From positions 8,680,001 to 8,744,000 of the forward strand of contig OZ004607.1 of the NCBI GenBank assembly GCA_963924565.1: a stretch of DNA of 64,000 nt, in the 5' to 3' direction. Each line of letters starts with the position of its first letter. Positions within the stretch are counted from its first letter, which is position 1. Origin of the DNA: Ascidiella aspersa (lineage: Eukaryota). A program made the position numbers and the translations under genes. Below are positions 26,101-39,110 of the stretch, in pieces. The notes under the pieces are model-generated. The model did not search any database, was not told where the DNA came from, and saw only the letters and a program-made list of their open reading frames with translations.

Positions 26101-29100
26101 ACCCAACCAAATTGGTGGGTTGAGAAACACTGTTGTACAGCAAGTCAATTACTATACGCAGTTAACTTTGTTACCCGTAAAATGACGCACCAAAAGACTA
26201 CAGCGCAGTAAAACAACCTGATAACTTCAAAGAGAAAACACAAGTGTAGCGTGCTGCTATATCTGGCTCTACATTAGTCCGCTCATTCTTTTTGGCAAAT
26301 AAATTGTTGGCGTAAATTTTGGCCGCAAGGTAACTGACTTCCTGTTGACCTTGCGGATCGATCTGGAATAATCGATCTGAATTTCATTTCGGCAAATTTG
26401 GCGCCCGAAGAGACTCCTTATTTCCATTGTAAACGGATCAGGCGCGTCAAAAGAAGAACCCAATACGCCTATCAGCCCTTCATAAATTGACATTTCATTT
26501 AAAATTTGATGCCGTTACCGTCTGTGGGTGCAGAAACGTGTTTTAATTTATTCCCTTTTTTATAAGGGGTGATGGGTTCTATATCAGTATTCCTTCAAAA
26601 AAAAATTTAATCCAGGGCAATTTTTTTAATATGCTAGCCGAGTTAGCAGAGGCTTAAACTGAATTGCCAACCTAGTTGAGAGTAAGAAAAGTATGTCATT
26701 TTATGGAATTATATCACCAAACACGTTTAATTCACACTACTTCTTGTTTTGTGTTTTTCCAATAGCAATGCACTTGACCAGGTTTATTGCTGAATCTAAA
26801 TAGATTCTGCAAATGCCAAATAAGCATTTTATTACTGCTTTTATATGATTTGTTGATTATTATCAGCGCATTGCGCACCTTAGATGGGACACTGTTGGTT
26901 ACCTTTACCTTGTCCAATATTGATGTTAATGCCGTTTAGCATCTAACCATAAACTGTGCTTCGTAGATTTTCTGTCCGAGGATTTGTTTAACAACGCCCC
27001 GTGCATCGGAGATCCATGGATGGTGCCTCTGCCCGAGAAAGGTGATTTTTTAATATGTTAAGCTGTTTTTTTTATGTTTTTGCCTATACCCTTAAAAAAC
27101 AAATTTAATGGTTCAAACCGGTGTGCAACTTTTTTTTAAATTGTGGACTTTTTAATTTATTCTGCGATGGGTAATTGGGTACGTAAAGCTTTGCAGTTCT
27201 TTCCTTTATTATTTAGATACTTTGGTTGACATGTCATAGAAATAAATTTCATTATTATTTTAGGTCAACGCATTTCGTGAAACGACTCGTTGTATTTACA
27301 CATCATTTATCTTTATTTAAAATATTCAACTTTCATTGCGTATTGTAACGCTTATTTGACCTATTGGTGCATCCTTATTATTGTTTGGATGGGTCTTTCT
27401 ATTGAGAAATGCAAATTGGATAAAAATACTCTTACTTTCAACAAACGCAATCATTAACAATGAAACGTCTGCAATAGGGGCTGCCTATCTTTTGTTACCA
27501 TGCCGCATTTTTTTTCTCTTTTTGGGATGCGCCACGCTAAAAATTGTTGCTATATTTACATTAGAACAAATAAATCGGGTATTATTATTTTTACAACTGG
27601 GCACCCCCCTTTTTCTGTTTTTACTTGCAGTATAGCGAGCCGCTTGTAAACGTAACCGTACAATGTGCCACATGTTGTCCTCCATCTTCTATAGATTGCT
27701 GCGCACGTCTTCTGCGATCAGTAATTACACGCTCATTGTCAGCTTTTATTTTTATTCTTAAACACACAGAACGGCTTGAAGACCTGTTTGACGTTGGACT
27801 AGACAGCGAAAACAATCAGCATGGAGCCGAAGTCGCCAGTCGTCTTGAGGTAAGAAAACGCCTATAAATATCTTTGTTTGTGTTCGTTGAAATGATTGTC
27901 GGGGTTCGGTTGACCTCCTTTTGCCCAAATCCTCTAAATGTCGGCGTGTGGCAGCTATTTTTCGAAATCGACTTGCCCTTTTGGCCCGCTGTGCAGGCGG
28001 TTTTATAAACAGCGTTTTTGTGTTATACCGGAACTACACCCCCTCCTCACACAATCACTATCTTTTAAAGGCGCTTGCAAGACCCGAAATGCTAGCTGTT
28101 TCACGGTATGCCGATGCCGTGCATTTAGTGTTTCTTTATGGCCTTTTGTCCTGTACGTGCGCGGCCTGGAAACGTGGTGGAACTAACAGGGATGTCGCGT
28201 TTTGCCGGACCATCTGCCCTGAATCCAATTTTTTATTCGTGCTTAGTCTTTGGCTGTTTCATTGGAGTGCGATTAGTCGTTATCTGTTTCATTATATGCC
28301 TTACTTTAATAGAGTTTCTAACCTTGTTGCCTCTTATTATGGCCTAAGCCCAGTTGTGGTTAAACAATCTCTATGTTTGGCAGTAAGTAACCCCCAATCC
28401 GTATTTTTACTGGCACTTCTTCCATTACTGACCTTTTTTAAATAATCATGGTTTTTACTTGTATCCGGCCAGCTTCCACGGTATTTCATAATTTATTGGT
28501 CCCTAGTTTTGATCCGCGATTCAGTGAAGTGATTACACAAACAGGGTCACTGTTCATTTCACGCAACAACAGCCCCGCCATTTTTTATCAGTAATCACAG
28601 ACTTGGTTCTTTATTTCTATTAAGATATACCTCGCTTCATTTGGGATTCAAACCTTTTTCCCCCGAGACCCAGCAAGTGGTTAGCTTAACTGGGATCTTT
28701 GCGTTGCGGAAGTAACCGCCCCTTTCCACCCCTGATTTGGGTCACGATTCTCTTAGACGCCCGTGCCCCTACTCTTTCCTGTTTATTCTAGAAACTTTCC
28801 CGCGTTAGTTACTAATCGTGTTAGTTTGCTTAACGTGCTTCCCGGGGAATTTAATGCAAGGTGGACGTGCAACTTTCTATGAGTTTTTTTTTCGCAGAGA
28901 TTGATGTACGGTGGCTATTCCGGCATATTGTTTTACTTTTTTTTTCATTTTTTGCGCAACGCTGCAAAAAGGCCGCGTTGGCCATGAGTTTATATTTTTG
29001 TTTGGCTTTAGTGATCGGCCGTTTTGCAGCGGCCTGCAAGACCTAGAACGTTGCAAAATTTCCTTTATCTTAAAGTCAATGCTACAACGGCATATACGCT

Positions 29101-32100
29101 AAAGATCTTTGTCACACTGACCCCTTTTATTTTAATACGTCGGTTTCCAACCAGGGGCCCGTAAATGTGTTCTAGCTTTTAGGTGTTCCGCGAGTGCACT
29201 GGAAATTTTGCTAAATTTTTTTTAAAACTCAAAATCTCTATGTTCAAGCATGCTCTTTTAATTGGACCAAAATCTAGCATTTAACGTTTTCTAAAATTTA
29301 TAAATGCAAATTTCGTTTTGCAAAATTGTAGTATAGGTCCTTAAAAAGAAATATCAGTCGCGATTATTTTTTGTAAGTGGAACCAAAAGGTTGGGAACCA
29401 TGGTTTTGAACCTGACGCGACCCGGATAATACACTTTGAAAACGTTTCGCATACGTGACTACAACGCAATCTTTCAGGCACAATTGGGCGCCGGTTTTTT
29501 AAATTGGCGTGAAAAAATCCTAAGCCAAGCAAAGTTGCAAAAATGTTTAGCGAACAGCAAGCAGTGCAAGTAGCTTTTCCTTTCGTGACGCAAATCCGGC
29601 AGGGCATCATTGCAGGATTGCCCCAATACTTTAAATATTTAAAAAACTTTGAAATGTTTAAAGTATTGATTTGCGTATTAAAATGTCTTAATGTGTTCCA
29701 GAAATCTTCTTTGATTTTGAACCTAAGTTGGTGTTCAGAAAGTGTTGTTAAAAAAAAACGATTAAAAATAAGTGTGTTGACCATGGCATTTACACTGTGT
29801 TGTTTTCGAATTAAATTTTAAAAAAACGTTGAGCGCTCCAATCTTAGATCTTAAAAACCTAAAAATTTTCTCTTATAAAGTCTTTTGAGTGACAAATTTT
29901 TTGGGTGAAGTTAGGTGGGAACCATGCACTGGTTCGCGTCCAGGCAACCTCTGCTTACCCACGCCAGCCAATCGCGTCACGCCACGTCACCAGTTTTTCA
30001 TTTAAGTCATTGGCGGTCGTTGTCTTACTCACCTGTTTGTCGAGGCCTGTGCTTTCTGCTTTCGGTTGCTTATCGAAAAAAGCGCAAGCGTAATGGGTTT
30101 TGGAAAATAAAGCGTAATATTGTGTTCAAAGTTGAAAGATGTGCGGCTGCTTTTCAAAAACATTTCCCAAATTCGTGAATTAAAATTTTTTTAAAATTCA
30201 GTTATGTCTGGTATGTTTTTGCATAACTTTATTTAAGAAACAAATTTTAAGAGGCAAAGTTCTCTATATTGTTTTTTATGGGCCACGGGGTCGATGGAAG
30301 TATAAGAAGAACCATTGAACATTGGGAACCGCTGAATTGGACAATGTACGCGATCTTGAAATCAGATGGCACTGTTTAACGATAAATTGTTTTAAAATCT
30401 TTTTCCAGGTTTAGAATTTAACTAATACGGCTACCAACAAAGCCTTAGTTCAGGACTCTATAATCTATAGTGTATTTTATTACAAGTCGTACGTTTTTCC
30501 GCCCAAAGTTTTTGCAAAGTTGCATTATCGCGGAATTTCCCGGCAACCACGATCACGTCGGCACGTCATCGAATCAAGCCCTCCACCCCTTCCTGTTTGG
30601 CCACAAGTTTTAAAGCGATTAATAAACAGAGCGCGCGTGACTTTTTGCAGGGCCAACAGCAACAAGGCGGAAAACGCATGGGAAGAATGTGCGTTGACTC
30701 GCCACCTTCCGTACACCTACAACAGCCGCAAATAGCGAGCAAGACCCAACAGCCACTACAGCAGCTGCCGTTGAACTCTGAGCACTTCCGAAGCAATCCG
30801 TCCAGCCCTGGCGACAGTGCCTACTGCGGCAGCCCCCCTGGGGTCCTCGACGATCCCCTAGGGGCCTCAATTGGGGCTCCCAGGTCCCTGGCGCGCGATC
30901 TCGGCCGTCACCAGCGCTACCAGCAGGTTTCTCTGCGCGGCGACGAATTCGGGGAGCATTTGGCCAACCTCAAGCGCGGCTACGTCACGTCTTACCAGGC
31001 GCCGGAGCCGGGCCAGAGCTGCGCGCGCAAGCGGAACGTGGCTCCCCCGCCCCCCGAATCCCCGCACCTGGCCAAGCGACGCTGCTTCGAGCGAAACGCT
31101 CGCGCCGCCCTTGATCCGGACCCGCAGAAGCGAGGTACGTGTGTTTTTTTGCTATGTGGTAAGCCAACTTTATAAAACGAAAGCCTCCAAGACGGGACTT
31201 TTCGGACGCAAAGGCAAAAGCAATAATTAACGCTTGTCGAACCAAATACAACCATGTACAACATGCGCATAGATTCACTGTCTTCTCATTATGTTGAAAA
31301 TCAATAAAGACATATTTAAACGTCCGAAATGGTACCTACCTTTATTTGGGCATTGATATATTCCAGACACGCCAAATCCCAAATTTACAGAAGCTGTTAG
31401 CTAAAAAAAAATGTTTCAAATGACTGAACAAAAACCAACGCCAGAGATGCGATTTTCATTTGGGAATTTCCTTTAATCTTAATTTGAATAGGCTTTAGTC
31501 ACATGGGCGGGATTTACCACTCATCTATACTCGCGATTAAATTAATCATTTACTTATTTAGTCCTACCTTGCTTGTGATGCGTTTTTAAAAGCGAATTCA
31601 TGTTAACTTCTATTTCGTAAAGGGGCCTTTCAAGATCAAAGACCCCTGCATCAGATGGTTAATGTTCTACTGCAACCTGGAAACGGTTACGGATACCAAC
31701 GTAAGTTATAAGCATAATTTGGGTAAAAACGTCCTCTCTTTTAAAAAATGAATAAACCATGCAAAACTCGATATTTCTTTGTGATAGCAGGGTTCAAACC
31801 TTAAAAAAAATATAGCTTTGGTTTAAAATAGGTCTTTAAAGGTATTTTTTTTTTTGCGTTCTTCCACCTATTTTAACGAGCTGCCTTATATTTTATTCGC
31901 AGAAGACCAGAGAGACAACAGCGAAGGCGACTACCTACTCAGGTCGTTATTGCAACCGGAACTGAACACGCAGAATGGTAAGCTTTACTTTTTTTAATTT
32001 TAGTTCTACTTAAGCGTAAAAGTGAACAACAAGGATAGCAACAAGGAAAAATATTTTTTGTTGACCTTATAACGTTTGTGTGAACGATATATCGTTTTAT

Positions 32101-35100
32101 ACAATGCAATAGTTTTAGAAAAATCGAAACAAACTGCTTGAAATGTTACGCAGGGTAGCCATAAAGACTTTTGCATTTGAATATCTCTGATTGTGTTATC
32201 ATTAATTGAAGATTTGAATAGTCTATAAGGTTTAGCAAAAAATTGAATTTATTTATAAAATTGTGGTGAGTCCGCACTTAATTAAAATCGAAGTAATAAA
32301 TTTTATAATCATATCGTGGTTCGCATTACAAGTCGAGCGTGGGCTATATGTTGTACAGGCCTATCCTAGGGTATTTCAATAATCACGTTTTTCCATTTCG
32401 AATTTGTTTCTACATAAATAATATAGTAATGATGCTTTTAGAAGCGAAATATATTTATCGTGTAACATCCAAACAAACTGATGTTCGGCTTGCTAAGTTT
32501 TGCACTTAGTTCAATATTTATCAAATTATCATTGATGTGCGATCAGAATCGTTTTGTTTTTTAACATTCGGATTTTTTTGGAAATTTTTTCGATTTAGTT
32601 TTGCTTTTTTCGATTGTATCTTAAACTTTCCTTCGTCAGCGTGACTTTGCAAGTGTTCGCTGAGAACTAGAAATTAGTGCGCCTTCAGGGCCCGTTAGCT
32701 TGAAATGGGAATTTTATCGTGGTCTTCCGCATCTTCCAGTGATATCATTTATAAGCTATCTGAATAAGGAAAATCCAGGCCACCTAATTATCGTCGTTTC
32801 GAATGGCACGACTTGGAATTTTTTTTACAAACAATTGCCCTTCGGCAAAACTGTCGGCCGTGTCGGTCATTGCGCAACCAGGTCGCGAACCCCAGCATAA
32901 GAAACACTGGTGCATGCCAAAACAAAACCCCTTTTATAAGTGCACGGTACTTCAACCTTCTGAACTAAATAGCCTACAAAATTAACAAAAACGCCTAAAA
33001 CTTTTGTTATGTGAATACTTTTCATATCCTTAGCTATAGTCTGATATAATCATTACTCGCCTTGTGTTTGGGATCCAGGCCGTTTTTTGGGGGTTTCCAA
33101 ATACTAAAAAACGTATTTTGTGTATGTGTACCTTGCCCCTGTGAACTGAGGTACTCTTGCCACATATTAGCCGAAGTGTTCCTGCGATCAATTGCTTTCT
33201 CGAAGCTATTTCTGCTATGGTTGCGAAAAGACGATTATGGTGTAAATTTATCCCAAATCTTAAGTGGCAAGGGTCTTTTTAATAGGTCTGCGGTTAGTCG
33301 TTTTACGTATTTTCTCACTGCAACCTTACCTTATGTGGTGGTTGTAAGTGTTAGGTTGACCTGCCATCGGTTCATTTTACATTGTGGTTGTCTATTACTT
33401 GGGGCTACGTTTGACCTTCTGTCAGTTCACATTCTGTTGTCTTACCGATTTAGGCTTAACTCACAATTATTTTAGATCAAAACGAAATCCCCTTATGAAG
33501 GAATAAAAACAGCAATGTTTTTTTGTTTATTATTGCTTTTTGGGTTTCTTTCGTGTGCTTCTTTAAACACGTTAAAACAAACTTTAACGCTTTTTGCTAG
33601 CAAACAAAATTCGTGGGCATGCCTAATGAACAATGTAGAAATTACTTTTCATCGCGTTATATTTAAGATTTAACATACAAGTTAAATTATTTCCATCATA
33701 TTTATGTATTCATGTCAATCATGAATCATGACAAACATAATGTGATTCACGAATGGGTTTTGTAGGAGGTACGTACTTCATAATAGAGACCAAGCCATGA
33801 AACTTCAACAAAAGACTATTTCATCGGCGACAGTTTCGTTTTGACACCGTCTTGTTTTTTCAACAAATGTCTGTCGTTTTTGGCGATTTTTGCTTACGCA
33901 GTAACGACGCAACCAGTGTGCAACAAATACCTGTCTTTTTTAATTTTTGCTTATTCGCAAGACGGCATTTAAGCCATTGGCGCAAAACACCTATCTATCA
34001 GCGTGAAAATAAACTTACTTGGCACAAACTGCGTTCCATTACCTACCAAAAATACCCGTTGTTTTTTGTGCTTTTTTGCTCAAAAACAAAAAGCGAACAG
34101 CATTTGGGCAAAAATGTCAGACGAGTTCAGCAATCGATAAACGATAGGAGCCAAGGGTGGCGCCTTAGCTGCTCCCAGTGCCTTGTTTGCTTCTTAAACG
34201 GCGACCGCGACCTTTTCTCTCGTGTATTTTTCCGTCGTTTCCTAGGCTTCCCAGCATTGTGCTTCTGTAGAGGCGCCTATAGGCTAACTACTGCCGCGAT
34301 TAGGCTGGACTACTAGATCATTGTTATAGATGTATTATTCGACGAATTAGAACAAAATATCTTTCTAATTTATTACAAGAAATAATTGAGTTCTAACTTA
34401 ACTTTCCATTTGAACGAAAAGGCTTTTTCAACTGGTTTTTGTAGACTTTTAATCCGAACTTGGTTCCAGCCATGTTAGTAAATCGTACGGCGCCCAATCG
34501 TGACATATCATTCTGTGACATAACTACAGAAAGGAAATAAAATGCGATTTCGTGTAAAATTTATTTTAATTAATTAAATGTAATTCTAGTTGGGAATTCA
34601 GTGATATTGCGGGTAATTGTAATTCAAGTCTATTTTGACGAAATATAAAGACTCGTAATTTCGATTCTTGTCTCACCTTAACGATCTTAGGAAAAAATCC
34701 AGTTGTCCAAATACAGGCTGCCGCAGAAAAAAAGGCCGCGTCACCGCCAGACAGACAAACATCGATTGCTTACTGTTGCGTAATCCGCTTTCGTTGAATG
34801 CACACACCTGACCTTTGGCCGCTTTCTTGGGCCGTTTTGCGCACTAACGGCCAGCCGGCCCTCTTTTCGACCAGTCTTTTGTCGTTTCTGTCGGGGGCCG
34901 ACCCTGATTAAACATAGCGATACCGATTAGGAGAAAATAGGACAGGATCCTTATAGAGGACGAAAAATAGTGCAAACAGGATACAGGACGCTTTTTAAGG
35001 GGACCAGAAAATTTGGCCCATTTTATCATTTTCGTTCGTTAAAAATATCCACTAACCTAAAAATGGTCTAACTAACCTAATCGTCCTAAAATGCTAAATT

Positions 35101-35573
35101 ATAGTATTCTACTGCTACGCCGCGTTGGTCATGTTTCATTTAAACTTTTTTTTCAATCAAAAAAGCACTGGAGTAAGTTTGCGCCAAGTTTTCATGAAAC
35201 ATGAGGTAATAAAGTAAAAAACTGTGAGGTCTTGCTTATTTCAATCTTGAAATCGCCGATTTGTTTGCAACAACTATCTATTTCCACACCACTGGTCGTA
35301 TTTTACTCGTTAATCATTTGCTGGCTAGTTTTCGGTTCCCAACTCTATATTTGTGTTATTTCCACCGACCCCCAAGTCGATCGAGCTCAAACCCGAACTT
35401 TTCCTCTCGCAGATTCGTCAGTGTTGAAACTGCACCACCCCTCGGCAGTGGGCAACAACCTACTACCCGAACTGTCGCTCCAGGACTGCGAAGTCAACGC
35501 GCCCCTGCTCATCGGGGCTTTCCCCCTGGGGCCCGACTGTCTGCACGCCCTCGACGAGGGGGGCGCCCTCTAG
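14199..35573 (+). CDS. HIF1A: Hypoxia-inducible factor alpha (HIF-alpha; bHLH-PAS, ODD region, C-TAD), spliced; paralog number not assignable
   Basis: In-frame GT-AG exons: 14199-14239, 14420-14542 ([17 protein letters not shown], bHLH), 14916-15007, 15099-15256, 15342-15426, 15930-16021 ([20 protein letters not shown]), 19365-19401, 20027-20159 ([29 protein letters not shown]), 20797-20903, 21474-21621 ([27 protein letters not shown]), 22115-22193, 23540-23603 (LSEIAP), 24116-24187, 24807-24863, 26967-27041 (LFNNAPCI), 27770-27849, 30630 or 30651-31134, 31623-31700, 31903-31977, 35413-35573 ([23 protein letters not shown]). C-terminal-half exons are less certain than the bHLH-PAS and C-TAD exons. 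Confidence 0.95.
16674..16680 (-). promoter_or_regulatory. Canonical HRE (TACGTGC) in a GC-richer intronic block of HIF-alpha
   Basis: GCACGTA on the + strand. Others: TACGTGC at 28154-28160 and TACGTGG at 24941. Motif match only. Confidence 0.3.
24269..24773. mobile_element. hAT-type MITE with internal ATTAGA/ACTAGA repeats, between the duplicated HIF-alpha exons
   Basis: TIR CAGACTTGG-ACAACT...AGTTGTCCCAAGTCTG. Perfect 8-bp TSD TGTCCAAC. Confidence 0.9.
24905..24919. promoter_or_regulatory. UPRE/CRE-like composite CGTCACGCCACGTCA (copy 1)
   Basis: Contains CCACGTCA, the reverse complement of UPRE TGACGTGG. Identical 15-mer at 29975-29989. Confidence 0.45.
25763..26132. mobile_element. hAT (Buster/Charlie-type) MITE
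   Basis: TIR CAGTGTTTTTCAACC...GGTTGAGAAACACTG. Perfect TSD TTGTACAG. Confidence 0.92.
29968..29989 (+). promoter_or_regulatory. ER-stress response element (CCAAT-N9-CCACG) fused to a UPRE (CCACGTCA)
   Basis: CCAAT cgcgtcacg CCACG TCA, with exact ERSE consensus spacing. Confidence 0.55.
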
Positions 35574-36413
35574 CTCCACCTCCCCCCCAACGGCACCCAG
35601 CTGTGACGACATAAACGGACCCCGGGACACGGCCTCCTTTTCCACGGCAATGCTTGGCCTGTTTGCAGCGCTCCCAAAGTCCAGAGTTTTTCAATTCTTG
35701 CCGCAGCGATGGCGTTAAACCAATGGAATATTCCGACCGCTAAATCTCACGACGGCGAACGACGATTCTGATAAGTTGCCTGTGCACCGCGACCCTCGTA
35801 AGCTTCAAAGTTTGAGCTTGCCGAGAGTTTTACAGAGTAACCATTAGCGACGGTGCTTTTAAATCGGTTGAACCCAATTCCCATCATTAAGGTTTAAAAC
35901 AGGGGTTCTTAAACTTTTTGTAACGCTGACTTCCTAAAAAACAATTTTTGGTTCGCGAGAACCAGGGTCGGCATGAGATTTTAGTGATGTTGTTATTAAC
36001 AAGTTACAGTACCTTAATAATCGTGCTGTTTTCAGTCCGAAAAATGTAAAACTGAAATGAACTCTAATTACATTTAAATATAGACAGCAAGAAAACAATG
36101 CCTGAATGGTTCCTCCAGACTACCTTGTAGATCTCTCTCTCTCTCGCTTTTTCGACCATGCACTCGCATACGTCCCGCTCCTTACATTTACCCGAAATTC
36201 AACGGCAGCCCATTTGTTGTTTTTTGCGTTCGTTTCTGTTTTTATCTTACGCGCTTTATCCCACCGTTTTATGAAGCGTTGCTTTTTAACTTTCACGCTT
36301 GTTTTACCGATTTTTTTTTAAACGCCGAACATCGCAGAAAGGCGTTTCGACCAAATTGCGTCGATTTACTGTACAGTGTACAGTGTGCGTTGAACCCTCT
36401 CGCAAGTCGCAAC

Positions 36414-36714
36414 TAGGGATGTCCTATACTTCTTTATTATATTCCGAAGCGTTACCCGATATTTTGGGTAAAAAGTACCGCTTACATCATATTTATAACT
36501 GTGGTCATATGAGCAAAAAGAAAATAATAGTTTTTTGTCATTGTTAAAGCACATGCTTCAGCTAGGAAGCCTGTTTAACGATTTTTAAAGTTTAATTTTT
36601 TGAGAAATTCAACTTTCAGAGTGCAAAAGCCTACCTTGAACGCTAAACGTGACTAAACGCATAATTTCAATCGGGATCATTTGATATCCAATACCGATAC
36701 ATCGGGCATCCTTA
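36414..36714. mobile_element. hAT-type MITE (TAGGGATG family) in the probable HIF-alpha 3' UTR/downstream region
   Basis: TAGGGATGTCC...GGGCATCCTTA, TSD GTCGCAAC/CTCGCAAC. Related copies at ~49231-50520, ~57806-58194 and ~60573-60696. Confidence 0.75.
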
Positions 36715-38260
36715 CTCGCAACTAACATTTTTTTGGCTATCTGCCATCCAACCACCCTTTGGCGCCACCTAGCCGTGGCTTGCTTGATCATCCTGAAAGA
36801 CAAAACATTGCACTTCGTCTATCTTATCCGCCCCGCTCTGTTCCCTTGCTTTTCGTCAATCATGTTTCTATCCCCACTCGATATAAATATGCTTTTCGAA
36901 AGCTTTCCCGATGGTTCCCCTTCCACTGCGCCTGTCCGTCAAAAATATTGTCCCTTTTACGTTTCAATCCCAAGGTGTGAAAGAATTTTATAGATCTACA
37001 ATTGTACAGTGTTTTGCCACGAAACTACCCTTGACGCTCGCTTGCATAGCCGTGTAAAGCACTCGTCTCGCCTGCGAAGCCTATCCGAGCTTTGTGCTGA
37101 AATCGTGCAGTGTTGTTTCGTTTCCAAAGTTCACCTTTACGTTTTGCTGACGCTTTGCACCGTTCACTTAAAACGCCGCCCATGCTTTTACACCAAAACT
37201 TCGAATGAATTTCGAACGCTTGCTAATCCAGGATTGCTACAAAAGTCTATGAATATGAAAGTCATAGAAGTGATTTGCGTTTTGAAAAGTGTTTGAAAAC
37301 CTTGTCATTTTTTGTTTTTGAATTTTTTTTTTGAAATTTTTTTTTTAAGTTTTGAAATTTTTATGTCCAGCTAAAATTATGTGCTTAGAAAGTTGTTGCG
37401 AAAACAATTTTTTTAACTTGATGTTGTTTTGTTGACTATTGCATTTATACTGTGTTGTTTTTGAAAAATATTCAAACAAACGTTAAATTTAACGTTTTTG
37501 AGAATCTATTAATTTTTTTTGAACAGCTTCATAAAATTTTGTGGCAATCCTGTAATGAGGCCCGTCGCTTAAAATGCCCGCTCAGTTCGTGATATAAAAG
37601 AAGTGTTTTTCAAACATGGAGTCAAAACCTACCAGTCGTTTTTTTATTTTCTGCGGCATTTTGATTTTTTTCTTTTCGTTTGTTCAATGGAACGCAATAC
37701 TTATATTTTGCTTATTGGACTTGAAAATTAGGATATTGAACTTTAAATGTAAAAATTATGCTTACTACTTCTTCTAAGTCGCGCTTTTTGAGCAAGAAGA
37801 GAAATAGCGCTATCAACGTTGCTTACGTCAATAGGAAAAACAATTAACACTAGACGAAATCCAAAATTTAATTCCGGTGTGTATCGCTTGCAGAATTTAC
37901 TGTTTGCCGCGTCGCCGTTTTAAACTCGCCATCTTGTATAAAAAAAAAAACTGTTTCGACGTCGTACCTACAGCAGCAGTGTAAAGAGCCGAAGAAATTG
38001 CGATATCCTACCTGAAAGACGCGCCTTTGCTGTTCTTGTGCTTCTTCTTTCACTCTTTGTTTTGCAAGGCGAGTTAACGAGCGGTATTGCATTTCGCGCT
38101 GGTCTCGACACCTGTAAATAAAATAAAATCTGGTGAAACCAACCCATTGTGATGAAGACGAACCTTGTATGTGAATTAACCTTCGTAAAGTTGTACACCA
38201 ACTAAAAATACCTTTAATAATACACTTAGTTTGTTGGAAAGAATATAGATAAAGAAATAT

Positions 38261-38317
38261 AATTACCAGAGGAGCTTTTTTCTGAATAATATTATGCCTG
38301 GTATCAACAGTTTATAT
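38261..38317 (+). mobile_element. Isolated 3'-end fragment of the Penelope-like pLTR family seen at 59-60 kb
   Basis: AATTACCAGAGGAGC..TTTT..ATGCCTGGTATCAACAGTTTATAT matches the reverse complement of 59092-59150. Confidence 0.7.
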
Positions 38318-38810
38318 ACACTTGGTACCCCTAAAAGTCTTTAAAATTAGTTAACTGGCAAGTATTCTTCTGCTTACAAAGCAATGCTGAGAAAGTTAAC
38401 CAAAGGTGATATTTGAACTTGCGACCTCGACATTCCGAAACGCAAGCTCGCTTCTGTAAGCGTGAACTTTTATATGACCCAGGGTTCAGTACGAAACATT
38501 GATACAAGGTTAGTAAAGATTTCGTTCATGATGATGACAACATTGGCCTGTTTACAAGCGGGTTATTTATGCTGAGGAGTCGGTTTAAAACAACACGAAT
38601 TCGACCATGCCAAAACAATGGTCGATCCCCGATTCCAAACCCAGCCAAATTTAACGAGTCCTTCCCTGACTCCACAAGCCTGTATTTAATCCTTTGACGT
38701 AACCACAATAGGGTGAATATACAGTAATCACCCATATAGGTGTCATACAACTATCCTACTGACAAAACGACGACAAACGTTTATAGAAGGTTAGTAAATA
38801 TTTACTATAC

Positions 38811-39110
38811 CAGTGTTGTAAACAAGTCATTTTAAAATGCCTAGGTGCCAGTTAAGTGTCAAGTCATATTGAGAGCAAGTCGAATTCAAGTCACGTTCTT
38901 GTCATAAAATACCACGTTAAACTATTGGAGTTGTTAAACTCCCATGATTATGAGCAATAACTGAACTAAAGAAAAGCACTTGATTGATTTCAACCCAAGT
39001 CATTTGTCCGAAAGACTCAAGTCAAGTCAATTGCCCAGAAGACTTAGGTCAAGTCAAGTCATTTAAAATGAATGACTTGAGTGCACTTAAGTCAAGTCAT
39101 TGACTTAGCT
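38811..39110. mobile_element. MITE-like element with CAAGT internal repeats
   Basis: Starts CAGTGTTGTAAACAAGTCATTTTAAAATG. The same end recurs at 45935 and inverted at ~48655-48686. Right boundary approximate. Confidence 0.6.

Noticed and set aside
27921-28445. 174-aa ORF in a HIF-alpha intron
   Set aside because: Starts at TTG, has no recognisable domain, and is not needed for the frame of the spliced gene.
30520-31278. Several overlapping and antisense ORFs
   Set aside because: Expected by-product of the GC-rich HIF-alpha exon 30630/30651-31134.
32600-32645. Minus-strand CTGACGA...GAAA hammerhead-like core
   Set aside because: No stem II pairing and no stem III or cleavage triplet.
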